A DNA stretch of 61,906 nucleotides from Bradymonadia bacterium. GTDB lineage: Bacteria > Myxococcota_A > Bradymonadia > REDH01. Location: the NCBI GenBank assembly GCA_047629415.1, contig JBLHWZ010000003.1, forward strand, positions 1 through 61,906. The letters are read 5' to 3'. Position 1 is the stretch's first letter. Each line of letters starts with the position of its first letter. This document shows, piece after piece, positions 33,256 to 41,706 of this stretch. Position numbers and translations under genes: made by a program. The notes below the pieces were generated by a model. The model made no database searches. It was not told where the DNA came from and was given only the letters and a program-made list of their open reading frames with translations.

Positions 33256-35082
33256 CTACCCGGCGACCAGCTGGCGCTCGACGAGCTTTCTGTAGAGGCC
33301 GTCCTCTCCCACGAGCTTGTCGTGCGGCCCGACTTGGACGACGTGGCCGCCGTCCAGAACGAGCACTCTCGTCGCGTCTCGCACCGTTGAGAGGCGGTGC
33401 GCAATCACCAGCGTGATTCGTCCAGACATTAGCCGCTCAAGCGCCTCCTGAACGAGGTGCTCGCTCTCCGCGTCGAGGGCGCTGGTCGCCTCGTCGAGGA
33501 TGAGAATTGCTGGGTCCTCGAGAAGCGCCCGCGCGATGGCAACTCGCTGCTTTTGTCCCCCAGAGAGTTGCACGCCACGCTCGCCAACCTCTGTGGCGAA
33601 CCCATCAGGGAACTTGGAGACGAAATCGTACGCGTTCGCGACCTTAGCAGCCTCGGCGACTTCTTCGTCGGTCGCGTCCGGCCGCCCGTATCGAATGTTC
33701 TCAGCGACTGTTGTCGAGAAGAGAATGGGTTCCTGGGCAACAACCCCAACTTGGTGTCTGAGCCAGTCTGGATCGAGCTCTTTTACATCAAGATCGCCGA
33801 AACGAATCACGCCCGAGTCTGGGTCGTACAACCGCGCCGTCAGTGACGCGATCGTGGACTTCCCTGCTCCGGAAGGTCCGACAATCGCGACAACCTCTCC
33901 ATGGGCGGCACGGAAGCTGACGTCTCCGAGAGCTGGATGGTCGGGTCGGGTTGGGTACGAGAAGCGAACGCCAGTGAACGAAAGCGAGAGTGGAGCGTGG
34001 TCGGGTCTGATCCCGCCGACGGTATGCATGCCTGGGGTTCGGTCCATGATCTCGAAGATCCGCTGCGCAGCGCCCATCGCTCGTGAGAAATCAGCCCAGA
34101 GATTGGAGAGCATTCCGAGAGAACCGGCGATCAGCATCGTGTAGACGAGGAACGCAGTGAGCTCTCCCATGCTCATGGCGCCGCCCACGACGAGTCGGCC
34201 GCCGTACCAAAGAACGGCGACCGCAGCCGCGAAACCGACGGTAGACGAGACGGCGAAGAAGACGCCGCTGATGCTGATCCGCTTCTTCGCGACCGTAAAG
34301 GCCAACTCTACCGCGTTCTTGTACCGCAAGCCCTCTCGCGCCTCAGCCGCGAAGACCCGGACGGTACGGACCCCACCGATGGTCTCCTCCGCCACCTCGG
34401 ACGCAACCGCGATGGCGTCCTGTGCATCGCGGGAGAGATGGCGGATCCGTCGTCCATAGGTGAACGCCGCGAGAATTGCCGGTGGCACAACCGCGAGCAT
34501 GAGCAGCGTCAGCTTGGGCGACGTCCATGCGAGCAGCGCAAGGCCTCCGCTGATCGATGCCAGGCCCCGCAGAGCCATCGAGATGTTCACACTAACTGTG
34601 TTCTGAACGACGCCGGCATCGGAGGACAGCCGACTCATCAACTCGCCCGTTCGGCGTTGGTCGAAGAAGGCGATCTCTTGTCGCATCAGCGCATCGTACA
34701 GCTGCTCTCGGAGACTCGCGACGACGCGCTCCCCAGCAGTCGTGAAGAGCACGTACCGTAGCGCGCCTGACGCCGCCTGCAGGATCAGAAGCCCCGCCAT
34801 CACGAGCGCAGTGCGGTCTACAGTACCAGTGTCTCCGCTCGAAACGGCCTGGTCGATTAGGACGCGCAACGCCTGCGGTGCAGCGAGGGTCGCGACGGTT
34901 CCGAGAGCGAGGAATACGGTGCCCGCCGCGATTCGGCGCCACTCGGGAATGGCGAGGCGAAGGAGTCTCCGCAACGGACGTTCATCATATTGCTGCATGG
35001 CCGCCGAATTAGGGCCGAATTCGCTCGGGTCAAGCGGGTTGAGAGCGAACTCGGCAAGGGATTGCGAGGATCTGTCCCGCAA
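33256..35082 (-). CDS. ABC exporter, fused permease/ATPase (ABCB/MsbA-like)
   Basis: An N-terminal six-helix TMD is followed by GPSGAGKST, LSGGQKQRVAIARAL and ILILDEATSALD, in 608 aa. Confidence 0.9.
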   Translation of the reverse strand: MRDRSSQSLAEFALNPLDPSEFGPNSAAMQQYDERPLRRLLRLAIPEWRRIAAGTVFLALGTVATLAAPQALRVLIDQAVSSGDTGTVDRTALVMAGLLILQAASGALRYVLFTTAGERVVASLREQLYDALMRQEIAFFDQRRTGELMSRLSSDAGVVQNTVSVNISMALRGLASISGGLALLAWTSPKLTLLMLAVVPPAILAAFTYGRRIRHLSRDAQDAIAVASEVAEETIGGVRTVRVFAAEAREGLRYKNAVELAFTVAKKRISISGVFFAVSSTVGFAAAVAVLWYGGRLVVGGAMSMGELTAFLVYTMLIAGSLGMLSNLWADFSRAMGAAQRIFEIMDRTPGMHTVGGIRPDHAPLSLSFTGVRFSYPTRPDHPALGDVSFRAAHGEVVAIVGPSGAGKSTIASLTARLYDPDSGVIRFGDLDVKELDPDWLRHQVGVVAQEPILFSTTVAENIRYGRPDATDEEVAEAAKVANAYDFVSKFPDGFATEVGERGVQLSGGQKQRVAIARALLEDPAILILDEATSALDAESEHLVQEALERLMSGRITLVIAHRLSTVRDATRVLVLDGGHVVQVGPHDKLVGEDGLYRKLVERQLVAG

Positions 35083-35125
35083 GGTACGGTTGCCCCGCGC
35101 TCATCCTCGACCCAGCCCTACCCAA

Positions 35126-35572
35126 ATGAAGAAACTAGTCTTCCTTGTTGCCTCGCTTGCCCTCGTGGGCTGTGCCGAGATGGAACTTGCCGACACCGCC
35201 TCAGTGGCAGAGCCGACTCTCACAGTCGGACAGTCCTCCATCGTTGAAGATGAGGACGGCAACCTCTTCGAAGTCTCGATCGTACACGATGGTTCTCTGA
35301 GCCCCGTTGAGGAAGCGACGCTTCTAGAAAACATAGAGGTCGTCGGACTGAGCCCCATCGACACTGGAATCACGCCGGTTGGCGCAGAGACCATCTTTGT
35401 TCCGCCAGTCGATCCTGTTCTCGTCCCGAGCGACGATCGTCGGATCAACATCTACATCGTTGGCATTGATGCCGATCTTCTCCTCGGAAACTACCGATGG
35501 GGCTGGATTGATGAGATCGACGAAGAGGACCTTCAGTCCAACATCGAGGACATCTGCCCACCGTGGCACTAG
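35126..35572 (+). CDS. small acidic lipoprotein
   Basis: MKKLVFLVASLALVGC is a signal plus lipobox. The track ORF (34742) is an upstream over-extension antisense to the ABC gene. A strong terminator follows. Confidence 0.65.
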   Translation: MKKLVFLVASLALVGCAEMELADTASVAEPTLTVGQSSIVEDEDGNLFEVSIVHDGSLSPVEEATLLENIEVVGLSPIDTGITPVGAETIFVPPVDPVLVPSDDRRINIYIVGIDADLLLGNYRWGWIDEIDEEDLQSNIEDICPPWH

Positions 35573-35586
35573 TCTTCTGAGATGAT

Positions 35587-35620
35587 AAAAGCCGCGCTGG
35601 TCGCGGCTTTTGTCGTTTTT
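35587..35620. terminator. bidirectional rho-independent terminator between convergent genes
   Basis: AAAAGCCGCG-ctggt-CGCGGCTTTT forms a 10-bp stem followed by gtcgttttt. An A-run on the other side gives a U-tract for the minus-strand transcript. Confidence 0.75.
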
Positions 35621-35636
35621 GGTCCCGGAGTCTGAC

Positions 35637-36272
35637 TCAGAAGTCGTAACGAATCGAAAACGTCGCTTGGCCGGCGACCTCGACCACGAACTCAATCTCC
35701 TCATTGTAGACGTGGGGCGCGTCGGAAGCGCCGATATCGTGCTTGCTCGCGCCCAAATCCTCATGGCCGTGCTCGGGAAGGCTCGTTGCCATGACCCGAA
35801 GAGTCGCGCCCAAGCGGACACGATGGATCGCGATCTCGACGCCCGTACCGATCACTCCAACCGGGAGAACCCGGCGATCGGTGACCTCACCGATCTCTAA
35901 CGAAGTCCACTCGGCTCCTACGCCGATTTCGATGTGCGGCCAAAATGGTGTTGGATTCTCCAGTCGCACGCCCGCGCTACCGATCGTGGTCATCGAGAGT
36001 CGGTCCATCCCTGAGGCGATCGTTGGCCCAGTCGCGTGGTACGCGTCGAAGGAGAGTTGAACGTAGAGCGGTGTGCCGCGATCGAGCTGCGCGAAGACCC
36101 CAGCGCCATCCATCCGACAGTCTTGCCAGTCCAGACTGGAGTCGGCCGCGTGGCGGAACCCGTACCCCCCGATCCGTACCCCTGCACTCGGTGACCAGGG
36201 TTCCGCCATAGCTTCGGAAAGAGGTAGCGCCGCGAGGGCGAGGACGGCTACGAGCATCAAGTTGGTGTTCAC
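35637..36272 (-). CDS. putative outer-membrane beta-barrel protein
   Basis: The GTG at 36272 has AAGAGG 7 nt upstream, and an ATG alternative lies at 36257. The signal peptide is LMLVAVLALAALPLSEAMA. The protein has an alternating beta-strand pattern and the C-terminal FSIRYDF ends in an aromatic residue. The track ORF start (36497) adds an Arg-rich extension that is unlikely to be real. Confidence 0.55.
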   Translation of the reverse strand: MNTNLMLVAVLALAALPLSEAMAEPWSPSAGVRIGGYGFRHAADSSLDWQDCRMDGAGVFAQLDRGTPLYVQLSFDAYHATGPTIASGMDRLSMTTIGSAGVRLENPTPFWPHIEIGVGAEWTSLEIGEVTDRRVLPVGVIGTGVEIAIHRVRLGATLRVMATSLPEHGHEDLGASKHDIGASDAPHVYNEEIEFVVEVAGQATFSIRYDF

Positions 36273-36331
36273 GTGTGCCTCTTGTGTTGAGATACCTATC
36301 TGTCGCCGTTCCCTCGCCTTTTGTGCTGCCG

Positions 36332-36838
36332 ATGTCTTTTTCCGACGAAGATGCTCTGCGACTGTTGGGGGACCTCGACGTTCCCGTGAAACTCGAAGAG
36401 CATTTGGGTTATGTAGCCGATGCGGCCTCGGAGTTAGTTGCGGCGATGAAGACGATGGGTGTGCCTGTCGACGAACATTGCGTCGTCGCCGGCGCACGCC
36501 TCCATGACATCGGTAAGGTGCTCGTCCCGTCCGAACTCGTTGGCCCCGGCACTGAGCACGAGGCCGCGGGGCTCAACATGTTAGTCGAGCTGGGGGTCCC
36601 CGAGCCCGTCGCGCGCGCCGCATGGGTTCACGGATTCTGGGCGAACCGTGGTGAGTCGCTGGAGGATCTTTTGGTGGCGCTTGCAGACAAGCTACGGAAG
36701 GGCGCAAGGCACGATGAGCTCGAGCGCGCTGTCGTCCAGACGATCGCCGCGCGCTGTTCGCTTGATCAGTGCGACATCTACCCTTGGTTCATCGCCGCCT
36801 GCGACGACATCGCCCTGGGAGCCGATGCCAGGCTCTAG
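36332..36838 (+). CDS. HD-domain phosphohydrolase-like protein
   Basis: The H...RLHDIGK...D pattern is present (EEHLGYVADAA...GARLHDIGKVLVP). The ATG at 36332 is preferred over the track start 36275. Confidence 0.55.
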   Translation: MSFSDEDALRLLGDLDVPVKLEEHLGYVADAASELVAAMKTMGVPVDEHCVVAGARLHDIGKVLVPSELVGPGTEHEAAGLNMLVELGVPEPVARAAWVHGFWANRGESLEDLLVALADKLRKGARHDELERAVVQTIAARCSLDQCDIYPWFIAACDDIALGADARL

Positions 36839-37500
36839 AACACGACGCTGAGCTGTCGCCGCCTCCGAGGTTGTTGCTCTAGGTCCGATGCCAAGCTCGG
36901 GCCTGAAAGGGCGCAATGACCCACCAGCCCCCCCGATAGCGCTCGGCTCGACGTCTACAGTCGGACGAGAGAGCAGCCCTCGTAGTGAGAGTGTTCTGTC
37001 ATCGCTGCTATGTGATCCAGCCAAGAGCAGCGCGGGCGGCAAATGAAGCGGCGTCTCCTCCTGATGTTCAGCCAGTCGATATCGCCGTGCGCAACGACAA
37101 CTCGACTTCATCGCCGGCAATCCTACAGACACCGCCCGCCCACTGATCGCCCGCCAAAAGATCGAACGCCATTCGGTAGTGGCTTATCAGTCCAGAAGCT
37201 CAGGCAATCTGCACTCCGCCGCTGCCAGCAAATGGACCGTCAGCTGCACCGTGGTTGTGCTGTGGCGTAGAAGATCCGTCGAGGACGATCCGAGGGATCA
37301 CACCGAGGGCTGAGAAACTGTCCCGGTAGTGCCCGAAGATGTCGTTGGCTGAGCCGCCATCGCAAAAACGCAGTAGTAGTGCCAGGCGGGGCCGAACTCA
37401 GGTTCCCTTCCTTAAGCAACTGATGCCAATCAAAACATACGTCGCAGCGAACGTCAGGTTTAACTGTAGCGTCGTGTATCGGTCCCCCAAGGTCGGCTGC

Positions 37501-37965
37501 CTAGCGCCGACTCGAGCGTGCGTCCGCGAACTCTGGGCCAACGTCTCGCATCCGGAAGGTCACCGGCAATGTGATCGATACGTTGTCGCGGTTGCTTGGG
37601 TCCAGGCTCACTTCCTCGAGCGAAAACTCTACGCAGTTGGCGAGCTCGCCGCTGCCTGTTCGGTTCTGCATCATCTCGACGTCGAGCACTTCTCCGTCGG
37701 AGGCGACAAAGACGCGCATCAGCATGAGCCCCGAAGTATCGGCGGTCTCTTCAAGATGCTCTTCGTAGCAGAACTGCATCGCGTCCCGCAGCGTCGCGAT
37801 CTGCTCGTCTACGTAGTCCCGGCCGTCGAGGCCGTGAGGCATGAACGTTCCGATGAACGCCTCCGGGAGCGTGGCGTTCTGCGCAGCCGCGGAAGACGCC
37901 CATCCAAGGGTAAAACACGTAACCAAAAGGATCGCGGTTTCGAGCTTTCGGTTGGCCTTTGTCAT
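37501..37965 (-). CDS. secreted protein with AgmX/PglI C-terminal (TonB-C-like) domain
   Basis: The signal peptide is MTKANRKLETAILLVTCFTLGWASSAAA. The C-terminal pattern ..LRDAMQFCYEEHL....SGLMLMRVFVASDGEVLDVEMMQNRTGSGELANCVEFSL resembles the myxobacterial AgmX/PglI C-terminal domain. The start is supported by a promoter placed at 38002-38030. Confidence 0.55.
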   Translation of the reverse strand: MTKANRKLETAILLVTCFTLGWASSAAAQNATLPEAFIGTFMPHGLDGRDYVDEQIATLRDAMQFCYEEHLEETADTSGLMLMRVFVASDGEVLDVEMMQNRTGSGELANCVEFSLEEVSLDPSNRDNVSITLPVTFRMRDVGPEFADARSSRR

Positions 37966-38001
37966 TCGAGTCGTCGAGAGTTTTCCATAAGTACGGGCCA
38001 T

Positions 38002-38030
38002 ATAATGAACAGTTGAAGTGGCTTCGTCAA
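38002..38030 (-). promoter_or_regulatory. sigma-70-like promoter for the AgmX/PglI-C gene
   Basis: On the minus strand, TTGACG, a 17-nt spacer and CATTAT are present. Two direct repeats (CATTAGGGTTTG, CATTAGGTTTCG; 38035-38057) abut the -35 box. Confidence 0.4.
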
Positions 38031-38595
38031 CACCGAAACCTAATGCAAACCCTAATGTTTTCATGCAGGTAGGCCCATCAGCTTCAGTGTGCGTCTACTT
38101 ATGGTTAAGTACAGCAATGTAAGGGCGTACCGCCCGGATTTGGTAGGGACCCTGCTCGGACAAGCTCTCGTCAGACGTCAGAGAATCACGTGTGTTCACT
38201 AGTACTTGCGCGTTCATTCGACTCATTTGGGCGTGAGCAACCACCGCGCAACGCGGTGGTTCACCTACATGCATGATGTAGCCCGTGTCTCACTCCGCAG
38301 CGAGTTTTTGGGCCTCAACTTTCCGTTCCCCCAATTCAGAGGATCCGGGAGACTGACCCACAACAGACACAGTTGGCTGAGCACTGGCCCTCCGAGCCGG
38401 ATACGCGCCCGCAACTCAGAGTGGTCGCGGCCACCCTAAGGGCTGCCTCGAAAGGAGACCGTTCGAGCCCACCACAAGTCGTTCTCGTAGATCCGTCAGC
38501 GCCACCCTGCTTCGTGGGAAGGGATTGAGCCGCTGGCGCATCGCCACCGCATCCCGCGGAACCACGATGCAGTGGCCCGCGCGGATTCTGAGTAG

Positions 38596-41493
38596 CTAGA
38601 AACTTACCTCGGAAACCGAGACGCCCGAGTTACCGTGGTCGTCGGTGAACTCAACCCGTACCGAATACGTGCCTGGCGCGAGTTCATCATCCCAATCCGA
38701 GCTGAAACGCGTAATCGGAACGCCGTTGCGTCCACCTAGAGCTTCTGGATTCGTTTCCACCACGATCTGGTCGCCCGTGAGGACGATAGCTCCGTCTCCT
38801 TCGCCGATTGTGACGGTGACTTCGCCAACGCTCATATCAACGGGCAGCGCTACCCCAGTGGGAACCATCGGATTCCGCAGCCGGAAGTTGCCTGATGCCC
38901 GGGCCGGATCAGACGAGGGACCGCTGAATCGGCCACGCTCTTCGGGCGGAAGGCCAAGCGTCCCTGAAAGAGAGTTTGCGGCAAGAGAGTCCACGGTCGC
39001 CAAACCACCCGTACTCGGATTCACCGCCAGCGTGGTGGACTCCAGAACGTACTCCTGCCGAACCTCGGCCTCGTCGAGGAAGTGTCCAAGAACGACGAAT
39101 CGGTAGTTCCCTACCGGGAAATCGCCGAGCTCCTCCCAGCGAATAACCCATTCCCACGGATCATCATCCGTCGCTTGCCGTACGCGAGTAATGAATCGCA
39201 TCTCGCGGTTCGTGTACCCTCGGTAGCTCGGCAGCAGCACGGTCTCCCAGCCACCCTCTGTCTCTCGTTCCAATGTCACGAGCGGCGACTGAGGTGCCTC
39301 AGCGCCAGGATCTCCGCCGTGCCACGAGAATTCGATTGTCTCGAAACGCTCGATTTCGGTCGGGGGCTCCATCACCCACTGTCCGGCAATGCCTGGGGCT
39401 GTTGCAAGGACTTCGAAGGTCGACTCGTCGCGGCGAGCGTATTGAGATGGCATTGGCTCAGGGAACTGAGGCTCGAATTCCGGATCAATCATTGAGGCGT
39501 AGGACTCCAGAAGCCTATCCACCAAATAGTTGCCCTGGTTCGGCCCCCACATACTCATCGTCGATTCGTAGCCGCCCTGAAGGTAGCTGTAGGTGAAGTC
39601 CGAGTAGTCATCCGGTGCATTCTCGTTACTGAAGCCGGGGAAGGGCGGTCGCTCGCCGCGCAAGTTGGTTGGGAGCAGATAGAACAGGTGATCGTTCGCG
39701 TATCCGAACGTCCACGCCGAGAGTGGGTCGACCCCAAACCCGTCACGCGCTTCGCGAAGCATCTGCCAGCTCAGCTCCATGGACAGTTCACCCGGCACAG
39801 CGAATGCGGTCAGCCCGTTGAGCTCAAAGACCATCATCTGTGATCGCACGAGGGTCGTCGGCGGGTTATTGAAGAGCAGGAACTGAAGGGCTCCGGCGCA
39901 ACTCATTTGCTCAATCCGCTGATGCGTCTCAAAATCACTGTCGCCGCCGTTGTCGCCGACGCATGAGAGGCCGCCATAGTGGTATTCACCACCGAATGGG
40001 GCAGGGAACGGAGCGCCGAACTCCCCACGATCGTAGCCAAGCTGATCGTAGGAGATCGAGAACCGTACATTGCGGGAGTTCTGAGTCATCTCGGTGGACG
40101 TCTCCATAGCGAGGAAGGAGTCCCAAGTCCGATCGACGAAGGCCCAACCCAGGCGCTGCGTCTGCATCGGGAAAGCGTGTCCCTGCGAGCCCCCGCCCGG
40201 CCCGATTGTTCCGGAGTTCTGGTTTAGGAAGAGTGTCGGCACGAACTGGCCAAACTCTTCGCCCAAGGCGTCCTCATAGTACCGCTCGGCGGCGGCGAGC
40301 ACATCGCCAGTCAGTAGGTCAGAGCCGTTGTCGGTGCCGTGAGCGGCGAAGCTGAACATGACCGCGCGCGGGATACCTTCTGGGTCATCCACTCGGATGA
40401 AGAGAACTCGGTTGTCGTCGAACGGTGGCGTTTGACTCCAGCGATCGCGGCCAACTTCGTCGGCCATGTCGTAAGCTTCGATGATCTCCCAGCCGACTCG
40501 GGCTGGTGAGAGGTCATCCAGCGCCGCCATGGCCGCTTCGATCGTTGTTTCGCGCAGACGGTCGTAGAAGAACTGGTGGAACTCCCCGATTCCAAAGCTT
40601 CCAAGCGGCGCCGCAGCCTCGAGCGGAAGATGCCAGTGTCGGCAGGGACCCGAGTGAGTGTGAGTCGAGGAGATCATGAGAGACTGACGCCAGTCCTGCC
40701 CCGTTCGCTCCTGCAGCGCGCGAGCAACGTCTTCGTGCAGCGACATCGACGAGAAGATGATCGGGAGCCGAATAGTCATCAGGCTGCGCTCCCCATTGTC
40801 GAGGAGCAGCGCCCGGGCATACAGGCCGTGGACCTGTCCGGCTGAACCCTTCAACGAAACCGCGTACCGACCGTCGTTGTACGCCGCCCGATCACCGTAA
40901 CCGCCCAACGGGACCCCGATCGGAAAGTTCATCAGTATGTTCGCGACGCCTGCCTGCACGTCCCCAGTTGCCGGGCCATGCGGATGCTCAAGTGAGAGGT
41001 CGCCGGTGAAATCCATACATTGACCGAAGTCCGTGCACACCTGGCCGTCTTCGCAATCGTAGTCAAAGTAGCAGGACTCACGACACAAACGGTCCGTACA
41101 CGTCGCGTACCGGCCTCGCTCATCGCCGAGCTCATTGAAGAGCTCTTGGCACGGAAGCCACTTGTCTGGGCCTGCGCATGCCAAGGAGCGACACTGCTCT
41201 TCGATGCAAATCGCTTCGGCACCACAATCGTCGTCTGTCTCGCAAGGCCCGAGCTCGACGTCTGGCTCCGTATCCTCGGGCGTATCGGCCGTGTCGGGAA
41301 CAACGTCTGGCTCGGCATCTGGCTCGGCATCCGGCTCAGCATCCGGCACATCGGCAGCGGTGTCCGAAACGTCCTGGGCATCTGTTGAAACCTCCGCCGT
41401 GTCCAAAGGTACGTCGCTGGACGGAGTGGGGTCGTCGGAGCACGCAAAAAGTGCCAACGGAATAAGGGCGAGGAGGGCGATGCGCTTTGTCAT
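38596..41493 (-). CDS. neutral/alkaline ceramidase-like hydrolase lipoprotein
   Basis: The signal plus lipobox is LLALIPLALFAC, followed by an acidic DAEPDAEPDAEP linker and a short Cys-rich module. After that come GVPLGGYGDRA...GQVHGLYARALLLDNG...LMISSTHTHSGP, typical of the ceramidase N-domain, in 965 aa. Confidence 0.75.
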   Translation of the reverse strand: MTKRIALLALIPLALFACSDDPTPSSDVPLDTAEVSTDAQDVSDTAADVPDAEPDAEPDAEPDVVPDTADTPEDTEPDVELGPCETDDDCGAEAICIEEQCRSLACAGPDKWLPCQELFNELGDERGRYATCTDRLCRESCYFDYDCEDGQVCTDFGQCMDFTGDLSLEHPHGPATGDVQAGVANILMNFPIGVPLGGYGDRAAYNDGRYAVSLKGSAGQVHGLYARALLLDNGERSLMTIRLPIIFSSMSLHEDVARALQERTGQDWRQSLMISSTHTHSGPCRHWHLPLEAAAPLGSFGIGEFHQFFYDRLRETTIEAAMAALDDLSPARVGWEIIEAYDMADEVGRDRWSQTPPFDDNRVLFIRVDDPEGIPRAVMFSFAAHGTDNGSDLLTGDVLAAAERYYEDALGEEFGQFVPTLFLNQNSGTIGPGGGSQGHAFPMQTQRLGWAFVDRTWDSFLAMETSTEMTQNSRNVRFSISYDQLGYDRGEFGAPFPAPFGGEYHYGGLSCVGDNGGDSDFETHQRIEQMSCAGALQFLLFNNPPTTLVRSQMMVFELNGLTAFAVPGELSMELSWQMLREARDGFGVDPLSAWTFGYANDHLFYLLPTNLRGERPPFPGFSNENAPDDYSDFTYSYLQGGYESTMSMWGPNQGNYLVDRLLESYASMIDPEFEPQFPEPMPSQYARRDESTFEVLATAPGIAGQWVMEPPTEIERFETIEFSWHGGDPGAEAPQSPLVTLERETEGGWETVLLPSYRGYTNREMRFITRVRQATDDDPWEWVIRWEELGDFPVGNYRFVVLGHFLDEAEVRQEYVLESTTLAVNPSTGGLATVDSLAANSLSGTLGLPPEERGRFSGPSSDPARASGNFRLRNPMVPTGVALPVDMSVGEVTVTIGEGDGAIVLTGDQIVVETNPEALGGRNGVPITRFSSDWDDELAPGTYSVRVEFTDDHGNSGVSVSEVSF

Positions 41494-41706
41494 CGATATC
41501 GGGTGAGTGGAGGGGTTGTGACCCTATAGACGACTACGTCGACTCGGAGAAGTGCCCCCACCGACTGGCGGCTCATCGGCGTATCGGCCACCCCCCGTTG
41601 CCCAATTCGCGACCGGCGGCCGCGGAGTACTCGATCGCCCGCAGTGGCTTTAGAACGACGAACCTGACATTTGTATCGTCACAATCAACACCCAAAGAAG
41701 AAGAGT

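Noticed and set aside
34742-35125. Long N-terminal extensions of ORF-track entries (34742, 28919, 30826, 46638, 47963, 60005, 36497, 38064, 41671).
   Set aside because: Each extension overlaps a neighbouring well-supported gene or precedes an obvious conserved N-terminus or signal peptide. Internal starts were chosen instead.
38066-38595. Possible cobalamin riboswitch, RNase P RNA or tmRNA in the long spacer (contains GGAGACC and GCACTGG-like strings).
   Set aside because: The strings are not in the order or context of the B12 box or the GCCACTG core. There is no GGAAAGTCCGG / ACAGAACCCGGCTTA (RNase P) and no tRNA-like ...TCCACCA 3' end or tag ORF (tmRNA). The region is therefore reported only as unassigned.
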